From assembly GCA_030698395.1 (NCBI GenBank), contig JAUYKW010000008.1:1662-65661 (forward strand): a DNA stretch of 64,000 bases. The letters run 5' to 3'. Each line of letters begins with the position of its first letter. Positions within the stretch are counted from its first letter, which is position 1. Positions 50,499 through 61,397 of the stretch are shown one piece after another. Origin of the DNA: a bacterium (GTDB lineage Bacteria; Patescibacteriota; Patescibacteriia; UBA9570). The notes beneath the pieces were generated by a model. That model was not told the origin of the DNA. It searched no databases and saw nothing but the letters and a program-made list of their open reading frames with translations. The position numbers and the translations under genes were made by a program.

Positions 50499-50609
50499 AG
50501 ACCTCCCCTCCCAACCCTCCCCTCCTAATAGGAGGGGAGGTCTTTTTTTATATTTTAAATCCCCCTCTTTATAGGAGGGGGAAATAGGGGGAGGTCGCGA
50601 CCTACCCCT
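50499..50609 (+). terminator. Cluster of three GC-rich hairpins downstream of fusA. The first is a 13-bp stem (agacctcccctcc...ggaggggaggtct) plus TTTTTTT. The second is ccccctc-tttatag-gaggggg. The third is the near-palindrome agggggaggtcgcgacctacccct.
   Basis: Read from the sequence. The first hairpin is a strong intrinsic terminator. Confidence 0.6.
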
Positions 50610-50636
50610 ACATTTCATTTCTGGTATAGTAAACAC

Positions 50637-51878
50637 ATGCTCTCATTTTTATCAAAATATGCTCATCCATTTGAAAAGCAGGTAGATACTTTCTTCAAGC
50701 ATATTTCTAGTACCAGCGATCCGCAAAAGGTGCATAAATCAATTGAGCGTCTGTTGCAGAAAAATGTTGTAGTAGTAAACCTTTGGATGGAAAAACGATT
50801 TAAAAATTATCGTTATTTGTCTAATGCTAAGCGGAAGAAGTTATATGCAAATACTGAAACTATAGTTGAAGCTTTTATAAAATTTCAAGAAGCACACAAA
50901 TCAAATCCTGATAATTTACATCAAATTTTTATAACTCATCAAGTATCGTATCCAGAACAATATTCTGAACACCTTGCTTATATAGATGCGATTATGAACT
51001 TTCTGAAACCAGGAGGTAATTATCATTATATTAAGTCCGCTACTTTCGGAAAACTACTTCAAAATCCAGCACAGGGAAAGTTAACGGGGGATTGTAATCA
51101 AATAGTTACTTTATATGTTTATCTATATTCATTGAAATATCCGATTACTGATTTACAGATTAAAATTCTTCCAGAACATGTATGTTTGCACTTCAAAGGT
51201 ATTGATATAGAGGCTACAACAGCTACATTCACAAAATATACAGAATTTGATTATACGGCACCTATTAGCGAGCTTTTATCCGTTAATTTACTGGATGTAT
51301 CTGATTTTCGGGAGACTACTGCTACTATTTCTGAGCATTCCATCGTGAAAAGTGCTGAATTAGCATATACAGTTAGTAGTATGCGAGAATTGGTGACTAG
51401 AAATTTACGAATTTCGTATCATAATCTGGCATTAGTAACTACTGAACGGAAAAATTTTAAAACAGCAATGTTTTATGCAAAGAAAAATGGAGATCAGAAA
51501 TTATTGGAATATGTGAATTATCGTGCAACTATGCATTATGTAGAAAATAAAATGTACGACAAAGCTCGGTATTATGCAAAGCAATCTGGAGATGCAAAAT
51601 TAAATTCGTTTGTGATTACAAATGAGGCTAATAGGTATTTGAAGAAGGGAAGTTATAAGAAAGCCAGAGGAATTTATCAAAAAGTTGGAGATGCGAGAAT
51701 GGTTCAAGTTACTTATCAACAGGAATATAATTCTTTAGTAAAAACTGTACAAGCGTTAAAAACAGTTGAGCAAATGAAGAAGCGCAAAACAACATATCGA
51801 ACTTTATTGCAGTTGGCACAAAAAGGGGGATTGAGCGAACAGATGAATCAAATCAGAAATGTGTTAAAACAGCTGTAA
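50637..51878 (+). CDS. Hypothetical protein (413 aa) inserted between fusA and tuf.
   Basis: The ORF is intact in host composition. No motifs were recognised. Confidence 0.4.
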   Translation: MLSFLSKYAHPFEKQVDTFFKHISSTSDPQKVHKSIERLLQKNVVVVNLWMEKRFKNYRYLSNAKRKKLYANTETIVEAFIKFQEAHKSNPDNLHQIFITHQVSYPEQYSEHLAYIDAIMNFLKPGGNYHYIKSATFGKLLQNPAQGKLTGDCNQIVTLYVYLYSLKYPITDLQIKILPEHVCLHFKGIDIEATTATFTKYTEFDYTAPISELLSVNLLDVSDFRETTATISEHSIVKSAELAYTVSSMRELVTRNLRISYHNLALVTTERKNFKTAMFYAKKNGDQKLLEYVNYRATMHYVENKMYDKARYYAKQSGDAKLNSFVITNEANRYLKKGSYKKARGIYQKVGDARMVQVTYQQEYNSLVKTVQALKTVEQMKKRKTTYRTLLQLAQKGGLSEQMNQIRNVLKQL

Positions 51879-52034
51879 TTTTGCATATTATGGTATATTT
51901 TTGACATTGTGTCAATAATTTAGCTAATTAAACTACTTATCCACAGCTTTTAAATAGGTCCTTTCTTTACAGGGTTATGAATGTTGTTATAATAGCTTGG
52001 CTATTTTAACTTGATAACAACAATATTTTTCAAT

Positions 52035-53225
52035 ATGGCCGAAACTTTTGATCGCTCAAAACCACATTTAAATGTGGGAACACTGGGTCACGTAGACCAC
52101 GGTAAAACAACAACAACAGCAGCTATTTTATCTGTTTTAAACAAACAGGGTGGAGTTGCTCAGGATAAAAGCGTTGACCAAATTGATAACGCTCCTGAAG
52201 AAAAGGAACGTGGTATTACAATTAATACCGCTCATGTAGAGTATGAGACTGAAAATCGTCATTATGCTCATATTGATTGTCCAGGACATGCTGATTACAT
52301 TAAAAACATGATTACTGGTGCCGCTCAGATGGATGGTGCTGTTCTTGTAGTATCTGCATCTGATGGACCTATGCCTCAGACTCGTGAGCATATCTTATTA
52401 GCTCGCCAAGTAGGTGTGCCTGCGTTCGTTGTATTTTTAAACAAGGTTGATCAAGTTGAAGACGAAGAATTATTAATGTTGGTAGAAGAAGAGATTCGTG
52501 ATTTATTAACCAAATATGAATTTGATGGTGCAAATACACCAATTATTCGTGGTTCAGCTCTTAAAGCACTAGAAAATAAAGATGACGAATCTGCAACAAA
52601 ACCAATTGTTGATCTTTTAGCTGCTCTTGATGAATTCATTCCAGAACCAAAACGTGATGTTGATAAAGACTTCTTAATGGCTATTGAGGATGTAATGTCT
52701 ATCGAAGGTCGAGGAACAGTAGTTACTGGAAGAATTGAAAGCGGAATTATCAATGTTGGTGGTGAGGTTGAAATTGTTGGTGTTAGAGACACTACTAAAA
52801 CAACTGTAACTGGCATTGAAATGTTTAATAAAACATTAGATGAAGGTAGAGCAGGTGATAATGCTGGTATTTTGTTACGTGGAACAAAGAAAGAAGATGT
52901 TGAACGTGGACAAGTGCTTGCAAAACCAGGAACTGTTACTCCTCATACAGAATTTGAAGCAGAGGTGTATGTTTTATCAAAAGAAGAAGGTGGTCGACAC
53001 AAACCATTTATATCTGGTTATAAACCACAATTCTATATGCGTACAACTGATGTAACTGGTGAAGTTTTCTTACCTGAAGGAACTGAAATGGCTATGCCTG
53101 GAGATACATTAAATGTAACAGTTAAATTAATCGTGCCAGTAGCAATTACTGATAAACAAACTTTTTCAATTAGAGAAGGTGGACATACTGTAGGTGCTGG
53201 AGTAGTAACAAAGGTTGTAAAATAA
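52035..53225 (+). CDS. tuf: Elongation factor Tu.
   Basis: The motifs GHVDHGKTT and DCPGHADY are present. The start is set at [11 protein letters not shown]. Confidence 0.95.
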   Translation: MAETFDRSKPHLNVGTLGHVDHGKTTTTAAILSVLNKQGGVAQDKSVDQIDNAPEEKERGITINTAHVEYETENRHYAHIDCPGHADYIKNMITGAAQMDGAVLVVSASDGPMPQTREHILLARQVGVPAFVVFLNKVDQVEDEELLMLVEEEIRDLLTKYEFDGANTPIIRGSALKALENKDDESATKPIVDLLAALDEFIPEPKRDVDKDFLMAIEDVMSIEGRGTVVTGRIESGIINVGGEVEIVGVRDTTKTTVTGIEMFNKTLDEGRAGDNAGILLRGTKKEDVERGQVLAKPGTVTPHTEFEAEVYVLSKEEGGRHKPFISGYKPQFYMRTTDVTGEVFLPEGTEMAMPGDTLNVTVKLIVPVAITDKQTFSIREGGHTVGAGVVTKVVK

Positions 53226-53228
53226 TAA

Positions 53229-53573
53229 ATGTCCGATACTAAGACTGACAATAAAACTGAGGAAGATTTTCAGCAGCGAATCAGAGTAAAGATTAGATCT
53301 TACGACAGTAAAATCATCGATCAGTCTAGTAAAACTATTCTTGAAACAGCGCAACGAACTGGGGCCAAAGTACGTGGTCCCATTCCGTTGCCAACGGAGC
53401 GTAATCGGTATACGGTTATGCGATCAACTTTTGTTCACAAAACTGCTCGTGATCAATATGAAATACGAGTACACAAGAGATTGATCGACATTTACAGCCC
53501 AACAGCAAAAACTATTGATGAACTGTCGCATTTGAATCTACCGGCTGGTGTGGACGTAGAAATAAAAATGTAA
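53229..53573 (+). CDS. rpsJ: 30S ribosomal protein S10.
   Basis: The S10 core [10 protein letters not shown]...GPIPLPT is present. Confidence 0.9.
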   Translation: MSDTKTDNKTEEDFQQRIRVKIRSYDSKIIDQSSKTILETAQRTGAKVRGPIPLPTERNRYTVMRSTFVHKTARDQYEIRVHKRLIDIYSPTAKTIDELSHLNLPAGVDVEIKM

Positions 53574-53779
53574 AATAAAAAAAATTAATAATAAGTTTTT
53601 ACTCGGTTACCGGTAGTGATCTTCAAAAAGAAGGAAGATATCAACCATCAATCGTATAGAAACAAGGAGAATAATTAATAAAAAATAATACCTCAATAAT
53701 CAATATGATCAATAGCTGTGATGTAACCACATCAAAAATATTATTCCGGTTTGGTTTGGGTGCATAACAGCTTTTTTTA

Positions 53780-54397
53780 ATGCAAAATATGAAAAAATTT
53801 ATTGTTGGAAAGAAAATTGAAATGACGCAGATTTACAATGACAGTGGAAATGTCGTTCCTGTTACTGTGGTTGATATTCAACCATGTGTTGTGACACAAG
53901 TAAAAAATAAAGAAACTGATGGATATATTGCAGTACAAGTGGGTTATGGAGTACAAAAGAAATCAAGAATTGCAAAACCACAACAAGGACACACAAAAGA
54001 TGTGGGATATTTTGCAGGGTTTAAAGAGTTCCGAACAGCAGAGGAGTATAAAGTTGGAGATAAGATTGATGTATCTCAATTTGAATTAGGTGATGAAGTA
54101 AAAGTTTCTGGAGTTAGTAAAGGTAAAGGTTTCCAAGGTGTAGTAAAGAGATATGGTTTTAAAGGTGCTCCTAAAAGTCATGGTACTAAAGATCAAGTAC
54201 GGATGCCTGGATCAATTGGTGCTACAGGACCGCAAAGAGTATTTAAAGGTACTAGAATGGGTGGTCAAATGGGAAATCAAGGATCTACAGTTTCTAATTT
54301 AACAGTTGAAAAAATTGATATTGAAAAGAATCAAGTTTATCTACGCGGTGCTGTTCCTGGTGCGCGAAATTCATTAGTAACGATCTATTGTAATTAG
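53780..54397 (+). CDS. rplC: 50S ribosomal protein L3.
   Basis: The L3 N-terminus (IVGKKIEMTQI) is present. About 200 aa. Confidence 0.95.
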   Translation: MQNMKKFIVGKKIEMTQIYNDSGNVVPVTVVDIQPCVVTQVKNKETDGYIAVQVGYGVQKKSRIAKPQQGHTKDVGYFAGFKEFRTAEEYKVGDKIDVSQFELGDEVKVSGVSKGKGFQGVVKRYGFKGAPKSHGTKDQVRMPGSIGATGPQRVFKGTRMGGQMGNQGSTVSNLTVEKIDIEKNQVYLRGAVPGARNSLVTIYCN

Positions 54398-54398
54398 T

Positions 54399-55064
54399 AT
54401 GGCAAACGTAAAAGTATACAATGTAAAAGGTGAAGTAGTTGGAGATCTAGAATTGGATCCAAAGATTTTTGAAGTAGCCGCAAAGAAAACTGTTATTCAT
54501 CAAGTTATGGTTGCACAGGGCGCAAATAGTCGCCAAGTAGTTGCTCACACAAAAACTCGTGGTGAAGTACAAGGTGGTGGTAAAAAACCATGGAAGCAAA
54601 AAGGTACCGGTAGAGCACGACACGGGTCTATTCGTTCACCATTATGGAAGGGTGGGGGAGTAACCTTTGGTCCAAGAAAGGATCGTAACTATACAAAACA
54701 AGTTAACAAAAAAATGAAGCTAGTTGCGTTACGCATGGTACTGTCTGATAAAGTGGCTCATGATCATTTGATTATAGTAGATAGTTTTGATATGCCTGAG
54801 ATGAAAACAAAGCAAATGAAAGAAGCATTGTCTAAATTACCATCAGCAAATGAAAAGAATTTAGTAGCTTTAGGAGCAAGGCAAGAGGCAGTTATTCGTT
54901 CAGCAATGAATTTGCCAAAAGTTAATTGTATTGCTGCGGATAGTTTGAATGTAGTGGATTTATTGAAATATGACTATTTAGTAATAGATCAAGCAGGTGT
55001 GGAGAAAGTGCAACAAGTTTTTGGAGTGCATGATAAAAAAATAGTTGAAAAAGCAAAAGCATAA
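54399..55064 (+). CDS. rplD: 50S ribosomal protein L4.
   Basis: Ribosomal-operon position and conserved family sequence (221 aa). Confidence 0.95.
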   Translation: MANVKVYNVKGEVVGDLELDPKIFEVAAKKTVIHQVMVAQGANSRQVVAHTKTRGEVQGGGKKPWKQKGTGRARHGSIRSPLWKGGGVTFGPRKDRNYTKQVNKKMKLVALRMVLSDKVAHDHLIIVDSFDMPEMKTKQMKEALSKLPSANEKNLVALGARQEAVIRSAMNLPKVNCIAADSLNVVDLLKYDYLVIDQAGVEKVQQVFGVHDKKIVEKAKA

Positions 55065-55066
55065 TT

Positions 55067-55573
55067 ATGGGAATTTTAGATAAAATCAAAAAATCAAAAC
55101 CACAAGCAACTGATGAAAAACAGAAGGATGCTGTTGTTAAATCTGATGATAAGAAAGAAGTAGAAAAGGATGTGGTTGCTAAAGATAAGAAAGTTGATAC
55201 CGATAAGTCTGGAGAAAAGAAAGGTTTATTAGGAAAACTTAAAAAAGATACAAAAGATGATTCTGCAAAAGTTAGTTCAAAAAAGTTAACTGCTGCTCAA
55301 GTACAAGCTATTAAAATCCTGTTGCAACCAATTGTTACTGAAAAATCTACAATGACAGGAACGTACACATTTAAAGTAAAATATGATACTAGCAGAAATG
55401 AAGTAAAGAAAGCCTTTAGTGCCATGTACGGTAAAACTCCGAGAAAAGTAAATGTGATGAATGTTAGAGGAAAAAAAGTAACTTTTGGTAGAATTGAAGG
55501 CAAACGTGCTAATTGGAAGAAAGCAGTAGTTTATTTAAAAAAAGGGGAGACAGTTGATATTTTTGTAGATTAA
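55067..55573 (+). CDS. rplW: 50S ribosomal protein L23 with a ~75-aa Lys-rich N-terminal extension.
   Basis: The core ILLQPIVTEKS...YTFKV is present. Total length is 168 aa. Confidence 0.85.
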   Translation: MGILDKIKKSKPQATDEKQKDAVVKSDDKKEVEKDVVAKDKKVDTDKSGEKKGLLGKLKKDTKDDSAKVSSKKLTAAQVQAIKILLQPIVTEKSTMTGTYTFKVKYDTSRNEVKKAFSAMYGKTPRKVNVMNVRGKKVTFGRIEGKRANWKKAVVYLKKGETVDIFVD

Positions 55574-55575
55574 TT

Positions 55576-56418
55576 ATGGGAGTTAAAGTATACAAACCAA
55601 CAACACCAGGAAGACGTAAATCTAGCGTAGATGATTTTGCTGATATTACTAGAAATACTCCTGAAAAAAGTTTAACTGTACCGATTAAACGAACTGGTGG
55701 TAGAAATAATCAGGGTAAAATTACAGTACGTCATCGTGGTGGTGGAGCAAAACGTCGATATAGAATCGTTGATTTTAAACGTTTGAAATTTGATGTTGAA
55801 GCAACAGTAATTACTATTGAATATGATCCAAATAGAAATGCCCGTATAGCACTTATTGAGTACACTGATGGAGTAAAAGCATACATGGTTGCTCCTCATC
55901 AATTACAGGTTGGTGCAAAAGTTATCTCATCTCAGTCACAGTTAGAAATTGAAATTGGAAATCGTATGCCTATAGGTTTTATTCCTGCTGGTATAACAGT
56001 TTATAATGTAGAGTTACAGCCTGAAAAAGGTGGAACAGTTGCAAGATCTGCAGGAAACGGTATTGTAGTGATGTCCGCAGAAGGGGATTTCGTACAAGTA
56101 CGAATGCCATCTGGAGAGATTAGAATGTTTAATAAAAAATGTTCAGCAACAATCGGACAAGTTAGTAATCCAGAATACAGAGGAATTAGATGGGGAAAAG
56201 CTGGTCGTATGCGACTAAAAGGTCGTCGACCAACAGTACGTGGTAAAGCAATGAATCCTGTAGATCATCCTCATGGTGGTGGAGAAGGTAATCAGCCTAT
56301 CGGATTGAAGCATCCAAAAACTGCACAAGGTAAACCTGCACTTGGCGTTAAGACGCGTAATCCTAATAAGTCATCTAATAAATTCATCCTAAAGAGAAGG
56401 AAGAAGAGAAAGAAATAG
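55576..56418 (+). CDS. rplB: 50S ribosomal protein L2.
   Basis: Ribosomal-operon position and conserved family sequence (280 aa). Confidence 0.95.
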   Translation: MGVKVYKPTTPGRRKSSVDDFADITRNTPEKSLTVPIKRTGGRNNQGKITVRHRGGGAKRRYRIVDFKRLKFDVEATVITIEYDPNRNARIALIEYTDGVKAYMVAPHQLQVGAKVISSQSQLEIEIGNRMPIGFIPAGITVYNVELQPEKGGTVARSAGNGIVVMSAEGDFVQVRMPSGEIRMFNKKCSATIGQVSNPEYRGIRWGKAGRMRLKGRRPTVRGKAMNPVDHPHGGGEGNQPIGLKHPKTAQGKPALGVKTRNPNKSSNKFILKRRKKRKK

Positions 56419-56419
56419 T

Positions 56420-56707
56420 ATGGGAAGAAGCTTAAAAAAAGGGCCATTTATAGATGATAATTTGTTGAAAAAAGTTCAACAGGCTAAAAGTGGTGACAAT
56501 TCAAAAGTAATAAAAACTTGGTCAAGATCATCAACGATTACTCCGGAAATGGTTGGATTAAAGTTTGGTGTACATAATGGCAAGAATTTTATTGAAGTGT
56601 TAGTTACTGAAAATATGGTAGGTCATAAGTTAGGTGAGTTTTCTCCAACCAGAACCTTTAGAGGACATGGTGGAAAAATGGCTAAAGAACAAGCTAAGGA
56701 TTCATAG
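56420..56707 (+). CDS. rpsS: 30S ribosomal protein S19.
   Basis: Ribosomal-operon position and conserved family sequence (95 aa). Confidence 0.95.
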   Translation: MGRSLKKGPFIDDNLLKKVQQAKSGDNSKVIKTWSRSSTITPEMVGLKFGVHNGKNFIEVLVTENMVGHKLGEFSPTRTFRGHGGKMAKEQAKDS

Positions 56708-56719
56708 TATTAGATTTAT

Positions 56720-57250
56720 ATGGAAGTTAAAGCAAAATTACGAAGATTACGCATGGCACCACGAAAAGTGAGAGTTGTTGCTGATGAAATCAGAGGTTTA
56801 TCTGTTGATGCTGCAGAGAAGAAGTTAGAGGGTCTAACAAAGAGAGCTGCGATGCCGGTTTTGAAATTAGTAAAATCTGCTGTAGCGAATGCGGAACATA
56901 ATCAAAAATTGAAGAAAAATGATTTATTTATTAAAACTATAAGAGTTGATGAGGGTGTTACTTTAAAGAGATGGAAACCAAGAGCATTTGGTAGAGCTGC
57001 TCCAATTAGAAAGAGATCATCACAAATATTGTTAGTTTTAGATGTTACTGATGAAGCAAAGCAGGCTACTCAAGTAAAACAAGTAACTGCTAAAAAAGAG
57101 AAACCCGTAAAGGATGAAATAGCTAAAAAAGCAGATGTGAAGAAAGATTCAGAAAAGGAAGAAAAAATAAAGAGTGAAACAAACAAAAAAGAAGTTAACG
57201 AAGAGGATAAAACAACTGATAATTCTGAAACAACTAATAAAAAAAGCTAG
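56720..57250 (+). CDS. rplV: 50S ribosomal protein L22 with a ~60-aa Lys/Glu-rich C-terminal extension.
   Basis: The L22 core is present. Total length is 176 aa. Confidence 0.9.
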   Translation: MEVKAKLRRLRMAPRKVRVVADEIRGLSVDAAEKKLEGLTKRAAMPVLKLVKSAVANAEHNQKLKKNDLFIKTIRVDEGVTLKRWKPRAFGRAAPIRKRSSQILLVLDVTDEAKQATQVKQVTAKKEKPVKDEIAKKADVKKDSEKEEKIKSETNKKEVNEEDKTTDNSETTNKKS

Positions 57251-58066
57251 ATGGGAAAGAAAATAAATCCAGTAATATTAAGAATCAATACCACGGCTAA
57301 ACCGTTGTCTCGTTGGTTTGCGAATAAACAAACTTTTGCAGATTATTTACAACAAGATGTTCAGTTACGAAAAATGATTGCAACTCATTTGAAAGATAGT
57401 GGTGTTTCTAGAATTGAAATTAAGAGATCAAGTGATAAAGTAATATTGGTTATTTATACATCAAAACCTGGTGTAATTATTGGGCGAAGTGGTTCAGGAA
57501 TTGATGAATTAAAGAAACGGATCAAAAAGCAATTCTTTGGATCAGAAAAAGTAAAGATTAATATAGAAATTGAAGAAATTCGGCAGCCAGATTTAGACGC
57601 AGCATTGGTAATGCAAAGTATCGCATATCAGTTAGAAAAACGTGTTCCTTTCCGGAGAGCTATGAAAAGGGCTGTTGATTCAGTAATGCAGGCTGGTGGT
57701 AAGGGAGTAAAAGTTATATGTGCTGGAAGATTGAATGGTGTTGAAATTGCTCGAACGGAAACTTTAGTGAAGGGTTCTATTCCAACTCATACATTGCGAG
57801 CAAATTTAGATTACTCACGAGGAGCTGCTAATACAATTTATGGAAAAATTGGTATAAAAGTATGGATTTTTAAGGGATTGGTATTTGGTGACGAACCTGA
57901 GCAAGAAAGTAAGAGACCAAGACAGAGAAATCAAAGAAAACCACGTCCAAAAAAACAAGATCCAGATGTAAAGAAATCAACTCGAAGAAAAAAGCGAACT
58001 ATTGTTAAAGGTACTGTAAAAAACACTGAGGAATCTAAAAAAAGTAGTCCAGAAGTAGTCAACTAA
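57251..58066 (+). CDS. rpsC: 30S ribosomal protein S3 with a basic C-terminal extension.
   Basis: KH and S3-C domains are present. Total length is 271 aa. Confidence 0.95.
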   Translation: MGKKINPVILRINTTAKPLSRWFANKQTFADYLQQDVQLRKMIATHLKDSGVSRIEIKRSSDKVILVIYTSKPGVIIGRSGSGIDELKKRIKKQFFGSEKVKINIEIEEIRQPDLDAALVMQSIAYQLEKRVPFRRAMKRAVDSVMQAGGKGVKVICAGRLNGVEIARTETLVKGSIPTHTLRANLDYSRGAANTIYGKIGIKVWIFKGLVFGDEPEQESKRPRQRNQRKPRPKKQDPDVKKSTRRKKRTIVKGTVKNTEESKKSSPEVVN

Positions 58067-58086
58067 GGTAATATTTTGAAATAATT

Positions 58087-58494
58087 ATGTTAACACCAAG
58101 AAAATTAAAACACAGAAAGTGGCACCGAGCGAAGGTGAGGGGAATTGCTACAAAAAACACGACATTAGGTTTTGGTGATTATGGATTAAAAGCTATTACT
58201 GGTTCATGGATAACAGCAAGACAAATTGAGTCAGCGCGTAGAGCAATGACAAGATTCGTTCAGCGTGGTGGAAAGATTTGGATTAGAATATTCCCACATC
58301 ATCCAGTTACCTTAAAAGGTGGTGAAATCAGAATGGGTGGTGGAAAAGGAGCAGTTGATCATTTTATTGCAGAAGTTAAGCCTGGATCAATGTTGTTTGA
58401 AATGGGTGGTGTAACTGAAGAGCAGGCAATAGAGGCATTGCGGTTAGCTGCACATAAATTGCCAGTTAAAACCAAATTTGTAAAGAAAAATTAA
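58087..58494 (+). CDS. rplP: 50S ribosomal protein L16.
   Basis: Ribosomal-operon position and conserved family sequence (135 aa). Confidence 0.95.
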   Translation: MLTPRKLKHRKWHRAKVRGIATKNTTLGFGDYGLKAITGSWITARQIESARRAMTRFVQRGGKIWIRIFPHHPVTLKGGEIRMGGGKGAVDHFIAEVKPGSMLFEMGGVTEEQAIEALRLAAHKLPVKTKFVKKN

Positions 58495-58498
58495 TAGT

Positions 58499-58684
58499 AT
58501 GAAATACAACGAGTTGAAGCAAAAATCTAAAGCTGAATTACAGGAATTACTTGTAAAATCAAGAGCAGAGCTACAAGCTGCGAGATTTAAAGATAGCAAT
58601 CAACAGTTAGCAAATGTTAGACAGATAAGAGTGTTGCGACAAGAGGTTGCACGAATTTTAACACTAATAAATCAAAGCTCGTAA
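58499..58684 (+). CDS. rpmC: 50S ribosomal protein L29.
   Basis: It is 61 aa, helical, in the operon position. Confidence 0.9.
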   Translation: MKYNELKQKSKAELQELLVKSRAELQAARFKDSNQQLANVRQIRVLRQEVARILTLINQSS

Positions 58685-58950
58685 TGACTAAAGATAATAA
58701 AGTAACAAAAAGGCGTTTTCAAGGTGTGGTGGTTTCCGATAAAATGGATAAGACTATTGTTGTAAAAGTAAATCGTGTAAGAGTTCATGCTATTTATAAG
58801 AAACGCTATACTACTAGCAAAAAATACAAAGTACATGATGAAGCAAATAGATACAAAACAGGTGATGTAGTCGATTTCATGGAATGTAGACCACTTAGTA
58901 AAGATAAGAAATGGAGAGTAATTTACCCGGGAGATAAAGAGAAGCAATAA
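58684..58950 (+). CDS. rpsQ: 30S ribosomal protein S17.
   Basis: Operon position and conserved family sequence. Confidence 0.9.
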   Translation: MTKDNKVTKRRFQGVVVSDKMDKTIVVKVNRVRVHAIYKKRYTTSKKYKVHDEANRYKTGDVVDFMECRPLSKDKKWRVIYPGDKEKQ

Positions 58951-58985
58951 TTTTATAAGTTTAAAGTCACAATCAATATAAATCT

Positions 58986-59357
58986 ATGATCCAAGTTGAG
59001 TCAAAAATGAGAGTAACAGATAATAGCGGTGCTAAAGTAGTGCAGTGTATTAAGGTACTTGGAGGAAATAGTAAAAGATATGCTCGAGTGGGTGATATTA
59101 TCACAGTAGCTGTTAAAGAAGCGCAACCACACACACAAATGAAGAAAGGTCAGGTGGCTCATGCAGTTATCGTTAGAACAAAGAAGGAAATTAGACGAAA
59201 AGATGGTAGTTATATTAGATTCGATGATAATGCTTGCGTAATTGTTGATAAAAACTCAAAGGAACCAAAAGGTACAAGAATATTTGGTCCGATTCCTAGA
59301 GAGATTAAGGCGCACGGTTTTAATAAAATCGCTTCCTTAGCACCAGAAGTTTTATAA
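58986..59357 (+). CDS. rplN: 50S ribosomal protein L14.
   Basis: The MIQ...DNSGA N-terminus is present. Confidence 0.95.
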   Translation: MIQVESKMRVTDNSGAKVVQCIKVLGGNSKRYARVGDIITVAVKEAQPHTQMKKGQVAHAVIVRTKKEIRRKDGSYIRFDDNACVIVDKNSKEPKGTRIFGPIPREIKAHGFNKIASLAPEVL

Positions 59358-59364
59358 TAATTAT

Positions 59365-59676
59365 ATGAAGATAAAAAAAGGAGATACAGTAAAAATAATG
59401 GCGGGAAAGGATTCAGGAAAAACTGGAAAGGTTATTCAAATTTTGCCAAAGGATATGAAAGTTGTAGTTGATGGTGTTAATCAGGTTATTAAACATATGA
59501 AATCTCAAAGAAAAGAAGAAAAAGGTCAGAGATTTGAATTTTTTGCGCCTGTAGATGTTTCAAATGTACAGTTAATTGATGAAAAATCAAAAAAAGTAAT
59601 TCGAGTTGGTTATAAATTCTTGGAGAATGGACAGAAAGTAAGAATCTCAAGAAAAACTGGACAAGAACTTGATTAA
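59365..59676 (+). CDS. rplX: 50S ribosomal protein L24.
   Basis: A KOW motif is present. It is in operon position. Confidence 0.9.
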   Translation: MKIKKGDTVKIMAGKDSGKTGKVIQILPKDMKVVVDGVNQVIKHMKSQRKEEKGQRFEFFAPVDVSNVQLIDEKSKKVIRVGYKFLENGQKVRISRKTGQELD

Positions 59677-59686
59677 AATTAAAATC

Positions 59687-60235
59687 ATGAATGTATTAAA
59701 AGAACAATATAAAAAAGATATAGCACCGCAGCTCAAAAAAGAGTTTGAGATTAAAAATGCGATGGCTGTTCCAAAGTTAACTAAGATAACAGTTAATGTT
59801 GGCGTTGGTCGTGCAGCTGGAGACAAGAAAGTAATTGAAAATGTAGTTAGTAATATCACTAGAATTACCGGACAAAAACCTGTATTAGTTAAAGCTAGAA
59901 AATCTATTTCAAATTTTAAGCTTAGAGAAGGAATGATAGTTGGAGTAATGGTGACTTTAAGAGGAAAGAGTATGTATGATTTCATGTATAAATTAGTGAA
60001 TATCACCTTACCTCGAGTTCGTGATTTTCAGGGTATTGATCCAAAGGCTGTTGATACAGATGGAAACTTGAATATTGGTTTTAAAGAGCATATTGTGTTT
60101 CCAGAAATTAGCTCAGATGAAGTGGAGAGAGTTCATGGATTAGAAGTAGCGGTAACTACGTCAACGACAAGCCGAGAACAAGGTTATAGGCTACTTGAAT
60201 TAATGGGAGTACCTTTTAAGAAAAAAAATAAATAA
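59687..60235 (+). CDS. rplE: 50S ribosomal protein L5.
   Basis: The start is set at [10 protein letters not shown]. Conserved family sequence. Confidence 0.95.
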   Translation: MNVLKEQYKKDIAPQLKKEFEIKNAMAVPKLTKITVNVGVGRAAGDKKVIENVVSNITRITGQKPVLVKARKSISNFKLREGMIVGVMVTLRGKSMYDFMYKLVNITLPRVRDFQGIDPKAVDTDGNLNIGFKEHIVFPEISSDEVERVHGLEVAVTTSTTSREQGYRLLELMGVPFKKKNK

Positions 60236-60236
60236 T

Positions 60237-60422
60237 ATGGCGAAGAAATCTCTAATTGCAAAAGCAAAGCGTAAACCTAAATTTTCGACTCGAAAAATAA
60301 ATCGATGTTGGAGATGTGGGAGAAACAGAGGATATATGAGAGATTTTAATTTGTGTCGGATTTGTTTCCGGGAGTTAGCTGAAAAAGGCGCAATTCCAGG
60401 AATGAGACGAGCCAGCTGGTAA
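60237..60422 (+). CDS. rpsN: 30S ribosomal protein S14, short Zn-ribbon type.
   Basis: It is 61 aa and has CxxC...CxxC. Confidence 0.95.
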   Translation: MAKKSLIAKAKRKPKFSTRKINRCWRCGRNRGYMRDFNLCRICFRELAEKGAIPGMRRASW

Positions 60423-60442
60423 TTAATAAATAAAGCACTAAG

Positions 60443-60835
60443 ATGACAGACCCAATTGCTGATATGCTAACTAGAATAAGGAATGCACAGGCTATAAACA
60501 AGCCCTTTGTTGACGTTCCTTCTTCAAAAATAAAACAAAGTCTTGCTAACATTCTTCAAGAAGAAGGATATATAATAAATTTTTCTGTTGAAGAGAAATA
60601 TGGTAGACCAAATCTAAAGATAGAACTAAAGTATTCAACAACTGGTGATTCAGTTATTAAATCTTTAAAAAGAATTAGTAAGCCTGGCAGGAGAGTCTAT
60701 TCAGGAAAGAAAGAATTGCCATACGTGTTAAATAATCTTGGTATTGCTGTTATTTCTACATCACATGGATTGATGACTAATAAACTTGCTCGCGAGCGTA
60801 ACCTTGGTGGCGAGGTATTATGTGAAATTTATTAA
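60443..60835 (+). CDS. rpsH: 30S ribosomal protein S8.
   Basis: Operon position and conserved family sequence. Confidence 0.95.
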   Translation: MTDPIADMLTRIRNAQAINKPFVDVPSSKIKQSLANILQEEGYIINFSVEEKYGRPNLKIELKYSTTGDSVIKSLKRISKPGRRVYSGKKELPYVLNNLGIAVISTSHGLMTNKLARERNLGGEVLCEIY

Positions 60836-60840
60836 AAAGT

Positions 60841-61392
60841 ATGTCTAGAAAATCAAATAAACCAATAGCATATCCGGAAACAGTTACTGTAACATTTGCA
60901 GATAATGTTTTAGTTGTTAAAGGAGCAAAGGCAGAGTTGAAGTTAGATGTTCATCCTTTTGTGAAAGTAGAAGTTAATGAAAAAGATAGAACAGTTATTT
61001 TAACCGTAGCAGAGCCAGAAAATAAGGAACAGAGATCACTTTGGGGAACATTTGGTGCTCATGTGCAAAATATGATCGTTGGTGTAACAGAAGGTTATAA
61101 GAAACAATTAGAAATAAATGGTGTAGGTTATGGATTTGATCTGGTTGGTAATAAATTAACTATTAAAGCTGGATATTCTCATCCTGTGATAATGGAAGTT
61201 CCAGTTGGTATTGAAGCATCTCAAGATAAGAATTTATTAACATTAGCGTCTCATGATAAACAGTTAGTAGGTCAGTTTGCTGCAGAAATTAGAAAGGTAA
61301 GGAAGCCCGAGCCATACAAAGGAAAGGGCATTAAATATGTAGATGAAGTTATTATTAGAAAACAAGGTAAACAATCTGCTAGTGCAGGATAA
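60841..61392 (+). CDS. rplF: 50S ribosomal protein L6.
   Basis: Operon position and conserved family sequence. Confidence 0.95.
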   Translation: MSRKSNKPIAYPETVTVTFADNVLVVKGAKAELKLDVHPFVKVEVNEKDRTVILTVAEPENKEQRSLWGTFGAHVQNMIVGVTEGYKKQLEINGVGYGFDLVGNKLTIKAGYSHPVIMEVPVGIEASQDKNLLTLASHDKQLVGQFAAEIRKVRKPEPYKGKGIKYVDEVIIRKQGKQSASAG

Positions 61393-61397
61393 TACGT

